Of a DNA stretch of 64,000 bases, positions 1-8,916 are shown piece by piece (within the stretch, counting starts at the first letter, position 1; each line of letters starts with the position of its first letter). The translations under genes and the position numbers were made by a program. This DNA comes from Candidatus Bathyarchaeota archaeon. GTDB lineage: Archaea; Thermoproteota; Bathyarchaeia; Bathyarchaeales; Bathycorpusculaceae. The notes beneath the pieces were generated by a model that was not told the DNA's origin, did no database searches, and was given only the letters and a program-made list of their open reading frames with translations. The stretch lies in assembly GCA_963717465.1 (NCBI GenBank), contig OY970340.1:1120001-1184000 (forward strand). Reading direction: 5' to 3'.

Positions 1-257
1 TGATTATTCGTAACTGCGACTACCACGAACGGTTTTAGGTCTAGGCTTTTTATAAAGGCGTTGGCGTCATTGATTTTTTCATTTCGTAGGCAAATTTTCT
101 GTCTTTTACTCAACGCCAATATGTCGCTTGAAAAGGAACTGCTTACTACAAATATTTTGGCGCCTGCATCTAGAAAATCGATAGTTTTCCTGTAGGCTTC
201 TTCGCCGCCGCCGACTACAACAACAAATTTGCCTTCAAGCTTCAGGTCTACAAGCAT
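1..257 (-). CDS. sirC: Precorrin-2 dehydrogenase / siroheme synthase N-terminal domain (runs off window start)
   Basis: Manual translation from ATG at 257: MLVDLKLEGKFVVVVGGGEEAYRKTIDFLDAGAKIFVVS, the typical SirC/CysG Rossmann N-terminus. Confidence 0.8.
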   Translation of the reverse strand, partial: MLVDLKLEGKFVVVVGGGEEAYRKTIDFLDAGAKIFVVSSSFSSDILALSKRQKICLRNEKINDANAFIKSLDLKPFVVVAVTNN

Positions 258-464
258 TCCTTATCATTCACCCTTAAAATGCTTCGAGCGTCAACACTAA
301 AATCTTAAGTGCCCCGATTTGAATTTTTCTACCATAACAGCGTAATCCTTAATCCTACTCTATGCGATGCTATGTGGTTCGCTGCTTATGGTGATTTCAA
401 GAGTAAAACTGCCGTTTGAGCAACGAACACAATGCTTGTAATTTAAAGCAAAGGCATGTTGAAC

Positions 465-488
465 TGGATCGGTGGGAATTTGAACCCC
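465..488 (-). repeat. Degenerate copy of tRNA-Ala 3' end (att-like site)
   Basis: TGGATCGGTGGGAATTTGAACCCC matches 53144-53167 at 22/24 positions. Confidence 0.8.
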
Positions 489-557
489 AAGCAAAGTGGA
501 GATGCCACCCGCAAATCCCATCTTTTCTTTCTCTTTTGGAAAGAGCATGATTACTAA

Positions 558-704
558 TTATTTCTGAAGTTTCTGAAGTTCAGCGTTTTCTTTTTCGATT
601 CTCTGATAACATTCCCAACAAACATAGCGTGCACGGCCTTTTTTTTGAATGGTAATGAGTGAAAGCATTTCACTAAATTGTTTACATACTTGACATATAC
701 CCAA
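558..704 (-). CDS. Small zinc-finger protein (48 aa, below ORF-track cutoff)
   Basis: TTG start; MGICQVCKQFSEMLSLITIQKKGRARYVCWECYQRIEKENAELQKLQK has two CxxC pairs. Confidence 0.5.
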   Translation of the reverse strand: MGICQVCKQFSEMLSLITIQKKGRARYVCWECYQRIEKENAELQKLQK

Positions 705-1392
705 ACCTATCGCCTATACCCTGCTCTCAATTCCATTTTCAATATAGACTTTTCAATAGTTATTAAACATTAATCCCACTTCAATCGTTACTTCGCACGC
801 TAAAAAAAGGATTAACGAAAAAGTGTTAGTGGACTTAACTGGAATATCCCTCGAATGGTTTGTGCACTAAGTGCGCGCGAGGCAGCAGTCCAAAAGATAA
901 GGTTAAAGATAAAAATAAGATGGGAGGGTTGAAAACGATCAGTTGTGTAGTATTCAAGAATAAGGTGGCAAGTGTAGCCGCTAGTAGGCCAATCGCAGGG
1001 TTTAAAGCAAGTTTCGATATGCTCACTAGCGTGCCTTCAGAGTTTTAGATGTATAGCATTAGTGCGATTTTTATGATTTTCGGTTCTGTCATTTAATTGG
1101 TAATTGGGAGCAGCCAATCGCAAAAAAGCAAACTTTCAAAGGCACCCCTAATTTGATAGCTGTTTAAGACTAGAGGAGGACTTAAAAAGAACATCTGGCA
1201 TAGTTCTTCGTGTAGCACGCATGCTTGTTCCGAAAATGGTTAAAAATGGTCAAAGGTCCATTTTTCGCGTTTTGACTGCACATTAAAGCATGACCCCGAA
1301 TAGAAGTAGCAAGAGAGTTACACGACAAAAAGGTGAATTATAACCGTTTTTGACCAATTTAGAAACAGCCATGAGTACGCTAAAAATAAAAA

Positions 1393-2982
1393 ATGGAGTG
1401 TATAAAATTGAGAGAAGGAACATACATACCTAAAAGATTTTGCCCGCCTATAGCGACAAAAGAGGAACTAATGATAATACACCAAGCAGCAGTGTATTTG
1501 TTAGAAAAAGTTGGGGTTGGAGGCCTTACACCTAAGCTACAGAAAATCTATAAACAGTTAGGTTGCACGGTTGCTGATGAGAAAAAGGGAATCGTAAAGA
1601 TTCCTGAAAGACTTGCAGTGGAAGGCATAGACTCAGTGGCGAGCAGTTTCATTCTGCCAGCGAGGGTACCTAAGGAAGATATCTTTATGCAAGCTGGAAG
1701 CAACCATACCTTTGTTGGAGGTTTTGGCATAATGGCTCTATACTCTACGTGGAATCCAGCAACACGGAAATTTGAATTTCGAGATGGTGTAGATGCTGAC
1801 AACTGGAGAGAACAGAAGGTCGTTGAGTATTTCCCCGAGTATGACATGACTAGCCCCATATACTTACCTATGGATTTGGCTGAGGCTGGTTTGCCAGTGG
1901 ATACTCATGATCTCAACAGTACTATTCAATGCAATACCAAGCACATTTGGCATATTGACGCAATTGATCATATTGAATGTTACACTGAGTTAGCTGCTGA
2001 GGTTCTTGGAGGATTCGAAGAGCTTGCGAAGAGACCATTCATAACTAACCATGGAGATACACCAGGCTTAGTTTACGGCCAAAAAACTAGTGATAGAATG
2101 AGTGGAACTTTGGAAGGCTGGGAAAAGGGCAGACCTCTGCTTATTGATTACACGGATGTTTGTATACCTGGTTTTCAAGGACCCGCCAGCATAACAGGAG
2201 CATATGCAGTGACAGTTGCAACAGCTTTATCGATGACTGTGGGTTTAGGTTTGGGAAACAATGGAGTAGGAAGAGGGCGAATCCCTAACATGACCTATGA
2301 CCTAGTCATGCCTATGGACCCCTACACTCAACAATTAGCAACTACCGAAGAAATATTTAGCAAAGCTTTATCCCTTCATGTGAACTTTTGGCATCGCAAC
2401 TACAGTTGACCAAAAACTACAATGTGGCCCGGACAAGGCATAGGCGGTTGCTCAGGTGGTTCTGACACACAAAATGGTCTAGGAGCTTGGTGGCTGTTTA
2501 ATGCATTCGCAAACGGTACTGATCAGACAGGAGAATGGTCAACAACCGCTGGGCCAAACGGAATCAACATGTGGGGCTATGCTGTATGCGCTGAAATGAT
2601 TAAAATATTTAAGTATTATTTCAAAGATTTCGACTTCTCACCTGCGAGTTTCGATCCTGAAGGGTGGCTTACGAAAGGTCCCAGAGGAGACTTCATGAAA
2701 GAAAAAGAAACTGTGAAAAAAATGGTGGACTTGATGTTTGCGCCGATGCGTCATGGCTATGGCTTATATGAAATAAGGCAATATCTGCGATGGATTGAGG
2801 ATAAACTTACCATGGATGATCGTGCAAACGCTTTAACCCAGAAGATCATTAAAGAGTTCCCTGCTCCACTGCCTCCAAAAGACGTATCTGATAGAATGAA
2901 TGCAATCATAGCCAAATACGACAAGATGTACCAGATCGGCGGCTACACCGTAGACAAATCAGGTACAGGTGCAAGATTCTAA
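1393..2982 (+). CDS. mttB: Trimethylamine methyltransferase (MttB) superfamily protein, non-pyrrolysine, interrupted by an in-frame TGA at 2407-2409
   Basis: ORFs 1393-2409 and 2422-2982 share a frame (12 nt gap). N-half has IHQAAVYLLEKVGV and GPASITG; C-half has KGPRGDFM and a C-terminal PLP..V...MNAII motif typical of the family. Confidence 0.75.
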
Positions 2983-3007
2983 GGAGACAAAAAAGAAGGA
3001 ATTCTCT

Positions 3008-3661
3008 ATGGTAACTAAGGCTGAAGTACTTGAGCACCTCGCTAAAGCAATTATTGATTATGATGAGGATAAGGCTGTTGTAGCGGCTAAAGAGGCTGTT
3101 GAGAATAAGCTGGAGATTATGGACGCTATCGAGAAAGGCCTATCAGTTGGCATCAAAGAGGTTGGTGACCGATTCGGTCGCTTCGAATATCCTCTACCAT
3201 ACGTAATCATGGCGGCAAACGCGATGACTGCTGCAGTTAACTACCTCAAAGAAAAGTATCCCAAAGACAAGCTGCCAAAGGCAAAAGGCATAGTTGTCAT
3301 CGGAACAGCTTTCGGTGACATCCACAGCATTGGCAAAAACCTTATTGCTGACATGTTGCGAACTGATGGCTTTGACGTTTATGACTTAGGTGAAGAAATT
3401 CCAACCGAGGACTATGTCAAGAAGGCTGAAGAGGTTCATGCAGACATTGTTGCAATGGGTGCGTTGATGACCAGCAGCATGTCCTATCAGAGAGCACTCG
3501 TTGATACGCTTGTTGAGCGTGGTCTTCGTAAGAAGTATAAGGTGCTTGTTGGCGGTACTCCGATGACTGATGATTTCTGCAAGCGGATTAAGGCTGATAC
3601 TTGGGGTGCAGACTGCGGAGACGCAATCAAGAAAGCACGTATGCTCGTAGGCAAAACCTAA
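3008..3661 (+). CDS. Methyltransferase cognate corrinoid protein (MttC/MtbC-like)
   Basis: B12-binding DIHSIG (DxHxxG), GALMT and VLVGG motifs; ATG at 3008 preferred over the GTG at 2969. Confidence 0.9.
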   Translation: MVTKAEVLEHLAKAIIDYDEDKAVVAAKEAVENKLEIMDAIEKGLSVGIKEVGDRFGRFEYPLPYVIMAANAMTAAVNYLKEKYPKDKLPKAKGIVVIGTAFGDIHSIGKNLIADMLRTDGFDVYDLGEEIPTEDYVKKAEEVHADIVAMGALMTSSMSYQRALVDTLVERGLRKKYKVLVGGTPMTDDFCKRIKADTWGADCGDAIKKARMLVGKT

Positions 3662-3942
3662 AAACAAAAAACTCTATTTTTTTTATATTTTTAGAATTAA
3701 TTTCTTTGCTGATCTTATAGCCTGCGCTTCTTTTATTACTCACATCTTACTTTTAGTAAGAATAATGGTTTTACTAAAACTGTGCATTTATGAATTATTT
3801 TAGTCTAGTCTACGCTGCCCGAGCTTTTAATTCGAGTTTTTAGCTGGCAGATCGATCTGTTACTTTTGCAATTTACTACTCTCTATAAGTGACTATTTAC
3901 CCTCTTATTTTAATTTCAAAAATCTAAACCGAGAGTGAATTA

Positions 3943-4404
3943 ATGTCTATCGAGGAGTTTTTCGGTTACAAGTTTCGTACTAACCTATATTATAACGAGC
4001 ATGTTTGGGCCAAACTAGAACCTGATGGAAATGTACGGGTGGGGTTCGACGATATTGTGGCTAGAGGTGCTGTCAAGATCTTTATGGTGAAACTAATGCC
4101 TCTTGGATCAGTTGTCGTGCAGAAAAAGAAGATAGGCATATTGGAATCAATAAAATATACTGGACCAATTGTTGCACCGCTTTCTGGGACGATTGTTTCT
4201 GTAAACGAGAATGTTCGCAAACTTGGTGCTAACGCATTCAAGGATGATCCATACGGCGAGGGTTGGCTATCTGTCATTAAACCATCAGATCTCGAGAATG
4301 AGTTGAAGAATATACTTTATGGTGAAGCTGCTGTAGAATGGTTTAAGAAAGAAGCTGAAAAGTCAAAGGATGACATAGCAGGTGGAGAGTATAAAGGCCT
4401 GTAA
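3943..4404 (+). CDS. gcvH: Glycine cleavage H-like lipoyl carrier protein
   Basis: HVWAK, VRVG, lipoyl-Lys motif LESIK, APLSGTIVSVN, DPYGEGWL. Confidence 0.85.
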   Translation: MSIEEFFGYKFRTNLYYNEHVWAKLEPDGNVRVGFDDIVARGAVKIFMVKLMPLGSVVVQKKKIGILESIKYTGPIVAPLSGTIVSVNENVRKLGANAFKDDPYGEGWLSVIKPSDLENELKNILYGEAAVEWFKKEAEKSKDDIAGGEYKGL

Positions 4405-4559
4405 TCATCAATTTTGTTCTCTGAGAATAGAACACTAAGCCCGTTCAACATTGTTGATTTACAATTAGATTAACTCTATGATAGAAAAAAAGAAGACTTT
4501 ATTTTTGATATTTAATATAAAGCTTGCCTGCTAGTAGGTTCAGCGCCTACAATATGCTC

Positions 4560-4949
4560 TTACATAAATGCTGATTGGAGTTTCATCACGACTTCCATTG
4601 GGCCATCAACTTTTATTGCTCCACTCATCATTGCGCCCATGCCGTCAATAAGGCCGCTATATATCGCATCTACTGTGTCGGTTGTAGTGATGATTGTGGC
4701 TTGTGCTCCTTTCTTCTTCAACACTTTAAGATATCCTTTTTCAACTTTCTCAACTTTGCCATCCACACCGAATTTCAAATAGTAAACCTCTTCTGCATTT
4801 GTAAAATTAATGATAATAGCTCCACCCCAATTTTTAGATCCTTCCGGCTTAGCAGCTACTCTTTCAGTTAGACCCTTTATCAATTCATCTGCTTTTTCTT
4901 GAGCTGACATTTTTTCAAACCCCTTTTTGATTAAGTTGTCTATTGCCAT
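4560..4949 (-). CDS. SCP2 sterol/lipid-binding domain protein (true start probably the ATG at ~4910)
   Basis: C-terminal AMMSGAIKVDGPMEVVMKLQ matches the SCP2 signature. Confidence 0.7.
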   Translation of the reverse strand: MAIDNLIKKGFEKMSAQEKADELIKGLTERVAAKPEGSKNWGGAIIINFTNAEEVYYLKFGVDGKVEKVEKGYLKVLKKKGAQATIITTTDTVDAIYSGLIDGMGAMMSGAIKVDGPMEVVMKLQSAFM

Positions 4950-5037
4950 TATGCTTTTAAGAAGTAACTAGCTAGTTTTGTTACAACCCAAAAAAACATT
5001 AATTATGACTGGTAAGAGTCCGTATTAAGCTCATAGT

Positions 5038-5946
5038 TTATGATTTTATTCGTGCTTGCACGAGTCCTATTTCCGAGATTTCTGATTCATTCCAAACTCT
5101 TTCAAAGAATTGAATGATGACATTAATTAGTTCTTTGTTATTCGTGACCATTATTTTCTTAAAGTAACCGTAATCGTCTTTTTCGAGTGACATTACCAGT
5201 TCTTTCCCATCTCTCTCAAAAAAGCATGGAAAGGTACCGTTGATTGTTTTGTTATATCTATTTTCAAAATTATCGGAGACCTTCCCTTTCTCTTCCTTCA
5301 TCAGTTTTTTAGTGTATTCTCTATTTATCTTATTATCTTTACCAATACATCTGTATTTAACTCCGCGGATGATATTGGCTTTTGTTATTCGGTGACTTTC
5401 CTCAAAATTTGGCGTTTCTTTGTATGCATTGTCTATCATTATCAATATTTCCTTTTGAGTTTTCCTAAAGAACTCCATGAGTATAGCATAAATCGTGTTT
5501 TCATTTTCGACGACAGTAAATTTGTCGATTTCGTCTGGTTCTTTCTGTTCTGACAATTTTAGGGTTGCAAGTAGTGTCTCCTTGTTGCTTCTGAGCAGCA
5601 TTGCCTCAGTGCTCTTAGATTCCGCCATAAAATCTATTACCTTGTCAAACGGTGTTGCAGAAAAATATGCTGGGCATCCAAGCGAAGATGCAACAAAATT
5701 TCTGTTTTGCAGACTCCTAAGATGGCGATAAACTTGGACTTTATTAATTTTTAACGTTCTCGCTATGTCCATTACTTTATGGGTTCCAGTTTTTGCCAAA
5801 AAAATGTATATGCGTGCTTCCTGTTCAGTAAACCCCAATTCAATTAGCTTAGCCAATATTAAATTCTGGTCCAATCTAGCTTCCTTCTCTCTGGAGCGTA
5901 ACTCTATTTCTAGTATAGAAATTGTGAAGTATTTATACTGAATCAA
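5038..5946 (-). CDS. TrmB-family transcriptional regulator
   Basis: LGFTEQEARIYIFL...IARTLKINKVQVYRHLRSLQNRNFV wHTH plus PLD-like effector domain ending FFERVWNES. Confidence 0.85.
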   Translation of the reverse strand: MIQYKYFTISILEIELRSREKEARLDQNLILAKLIELGFTEQEARIYIFLAKTGTHKVMDIARTLKINKVQVYRHLRSLQNRNFVASSLGCPAYFSATPFDKVIDFMAESKSTEAMLLRSNKETLLATLKLSEQKEPDEIDKFTVVENENTIYAILMEFFRKTQKEILIMIDNAYKETPNFEESHRITKANIIRGVKYRCIGKDNKINREYTKKLMKEEKGKVSDNFENRYNKTINGTFPCFFERDGKELVMSLEKDDYGYFKKIMVTNNKELINVIIQFFERVWNESEISEIGLVQARIKS

Positions 5947-6059
5947 AATTTGCGATATAGGTGCTTGAATTATTTTTGAGGAGTTGTTACTTTTGAAACT
6001 TATTAGAGCTTAATAGGTTTTCGGATATTAAGCTCTTTCAATAAACTGAAGGTAGGCAA

Positions 6060-6773
6060 ATGGAATCGTTATATAGTGAACTAAAAGAAACTCTGAAGGC
6101 AGAAGATCCAAACAAGTTTGGGGAATTAACCCAAAAAGCTTTGGATGCCGGCGCTGACCCTTATGATTTGTTGAATAAAATCGTAGGTTACGCTAAAGAG
6201 CTTACATCGAAAAGCTGGTGGGCTGGAGGAACAGAAGGAGCGAGCAATGTTTCCGAAAAAGATGCTCTGCTACTATCAGATCTTATTGTGATAGGCGAAT
6301 GCCTCATAAAAAGTACTGGCATTATAAAACCTCATTTGTTAGCAAGCGGAAGGAAAGCGGAACTTCCAGGAAAAATCGTTCTGGGAACTATCGAAGGGGA
6401 TGTACATGATATTGGGAAAAGCCTAGTTAAAACGATGTATGAATCAGCTGGGTACCAAGTTAATGATATTGGCCAAGATATTCCAGTCAAGAACTTTGTA
6501 ATGGAGACAAAAAGAACAAAGGCCGATGTAGTTGGCATCAGTTGTTCCATGTCTATGTGCAAAACAGCAATTCCTAAAGTTGTAAAAGAACTACAAAGAA
6601 TGGGAATTCGAGACAACGTCAAAGTAATTGCAGGTGGGCAATCAACCTTCGAAAGTGATGTGCCACTATATGGCTTGGATGCTTGGGGAGCAGACATGGT
6701 TGATGCAGTTAAAAAAACTGATGAATTAATACGAATACTTAAAGAAGAGAAATTGAAGAAGGGGGTGAAATGA
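6060..6773 (+). CDS. Second corrinoid (cobalamin-binding) protein
   Basis: GKIVLGTIEGDVHDIGK, VVGISC, VIAGG. Confidence 0.9.
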   Translation: MESLYSELKETLKAEDPNKFGELTQKALDAGADPYDLLNKIVGYAKELTSKSWWAGGTEGASNVSEKDALLLSDLIVIGECLIKSTGIIKPHLLASGRKAELPGKIVLGTIEGDVHDIGKSLVKTMYESAGYQVNDIGQDIPVKNFVMETKRTKADVVGISCSMSMCKTAIPKVVKELQRMGIRDNVKVIAGGQSTFESDVPLYGLDAWGADMVDAVKKTDELIRILKEEKLKKGVK

Positions 6774-8045
6774 TGAATATAGAATGGAATTCTGAAGAAA
6801 TTAATCGTGACTATCCCTTGTGGTGGAATAAAGGGCCATTCAGTTACCAATTCACCGCTACGGAAGAGGTTATACTAGAGAAGGCGCGAGCAAAGTGGCT
6901 TGAACGCAAGAAAGATGAACCCATGATGCCTCGTGAACGATGGGCTAAAGCCCTATTTACTGATGAATCAATAGATCGGTTACCTTGTCACAACACAGGT
7001 ATGCACCAGACTGTATGTCGAATATTCGATGGTTTCTGTGATCCACCATCAATCGTATCCATGAAAGATATGATAAATAACCCCAACTTAGATGCAATAG
7101 GACAACTATTATGGTATGCAAAATTTGCAAGCACTTGCGACATGATGTGGCCATACAACTATGGCTTTGGAGAAGAACTGGTGACTAGGAAATTCAGATT
7201 CATCGAAAATGGTCCACCACTGGCTGTGGAGCCTTTTGTCAGGACCAAAGAAGATGCTCTATTCTTCTTAGACAATGTTCCGGAGCCTGCCTTGAGAGCT
7301 GGAACTTGGCCTATATATTTCTGGGAAACTAAAACACTCATGAAACTATGTTCCAGAGATGCCAATAGTAGGATCCACTTGTGGCGGTCCAGTAACCATG
7401 GCTGGCTTCCTGAGGGGAATCAAGGATTTTGTATTGGATATTCGAAATAATATTGAGCTTGCCGAGCTATGTCTCAAGGGTACAACTGCTCTCTTGAAGA
7501 AGAAGATTGACAAACAGACAGAGATACTTGGTCAGCAAATAGATGACACCGGAGAGGGTAATTGGATAACTTGGTGTGACTCAACTAGCTACTTGTCGGG
7601 GGAGGAATTCGCAAAGGTATTTGACATAACCTACGTTGATGCGGTGAAATACTGTGCAAAGAAAGGATGGCAGCCTGAAGTTATCCCTGAAGGGCCAATG
7701 GTTGCTCACGTGCCAATCGCAAAGTGTCTCAGTGAAAACGGTGGTGGTGGAATGTTAGCTTTCAGTGAACATCCAAGCATTGAGGAATGGTATGATAACA
7801 CACGAAAATATGATAATGTGTGGGCTCATGATGCATTTGATAATGTAATGATGTTTTCTCCTGATTATCAAAAAGCTATCCGAGAAGATCTGGCACGTCA
7901 CGCAAAAATATTTGTAAAGTATCCGACAAAAGGACATAGAACCTATTTATCAGTGCCTACCGGAGATCCGACGATACCTCTTTCAGCTATTGAATTTGCA
8001 AGCAAGGCAATACTTGAAACCTTCAAATATCCACTTCAAATTTAA
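6770..8045 (+). CDS. Uroporphyrinogen decarboxylase / MtaA-CmuA-like methyltransferase, single +1 frameshift near 7351
   Basis: MMPRERWAKAL...IDRLP and GGPVTMAGFLRG motifs; removing one T in TGTTCCAGAGATG joins the two ORFs as KLCPEMPIVG; ATGA overlap with the corrinoid gene. Confidence 0.7.
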
Positions 8046-8051
8046 CTACAG

Positions 8052-8080
8052 TGCGATTCTAAAAAATCGCAATTTTTTTT
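8052..8080 (+). terminator. Hairpin plus T-tract terminator
   Basis: TGCGATT-CTAAAA-AATCGCA followed by T8, just after the 8045 stop. Confidence 0.55.
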
Positions 8081-8267
8081 AATTAATTACGTCATGGGGC
8101 TGTTGCAGGGTTGGCATGTTGTCGTGTGTTTGCCGAGCGGAGATTGTTTCAAACGACTAAGCGGTTTTTCAGCAAACGCTAAAATAGGTGCTAACCCGTA
8201 GCGCTTATATGTTGCTATAGGCGTGATATTAAGTACGAAATGAACAATGCAGTAGAATTTAGGGAGA

Positions 8268-8651
8268 TTGGCTATCATTGACGTGACTAACCGACTATCG
8301 AAAGCCAAATATATTAACCTTGAAACATACAAAAGAAACGGCGAAGCAGTCAGGACTCCCGTTTGGTTTGTAGAGAAAAATGGCTTGGTTTACTTTCATT
8401 CAATGGCAAAATCTTGGAAAGTAAAGAGGCTTAAAAGAAATCCTATGGTTCGTCTGGCACCTTGTTCAATGTCAGGTAAAATAAAGGGAGACTGGCTCAA
8501 GGGAAAAGTTACACTAATCGATGGAGAAGAAGGCAAAAGAATAGTCAAGCTGGTAAACTCCTCACAGTCAGGTATGGATAAAATTATTAGCTTTTTTGAG
8601 AAGAGGCGCGAGCGCGGTAGTGTTGCTTTCTCAATCAAATTGGAAGCCTGA
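8268..8651 (+). CDS. PPOX-class F420-dependent oxidoreductase (pyridoxamine 5'-phosphate oxidase-like)
   Basis: YINLETYKRNGEAVRTPVWF and KVKRLKRNPMVRLAPC motifs. Confidence 0.85.
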   Translation: MAIIDVTNRLSKAKYINLETYKRNGEAVRTPVWFVEKNGLVYFHSMAKSWKVKRLKRNPMVRLAPCSMSGKIKGDWLKGKVTLIDGEEGKRIVKLVNSSQSGMDKIISFFEKRRERGSVAFSIKLEA

Positions 8652-8916
8652 CCAAAATATCCTCATTTTTAGCTTTCACCTGGTAAGATGTAGCCTGCGA
8701 CGCCTAAGAGGGCAGACGGTGTCGATTGTGGCATTAGATAGCCTTCATACGTGCCGCTATGCTCATACTTGTCATAACCTTTTTGCGAGCACAAAGCAAA
8801 GTTTATGTATTGAATACGTAAGCTAACGCGGGCGCGTACGTCAGATAAATTTTTTCCTTTTTAGCAGGAAAATTTTAGTTAGGTTAGAAAAATTTTCAGA
8901 ACTGTTATTGCTGGTC

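Noticed and set aside
2407..2409. Pyrrolysine codon in MttB
   Set aside because: The codon is TGA, not TAG, and lies upstream of the Pyl-equivalent position.
7340..7360. Programmed frameshift in the MtaA-like gene
   Set aside because: No slippery heptamer; same pattern as the other scattered single-base indels.
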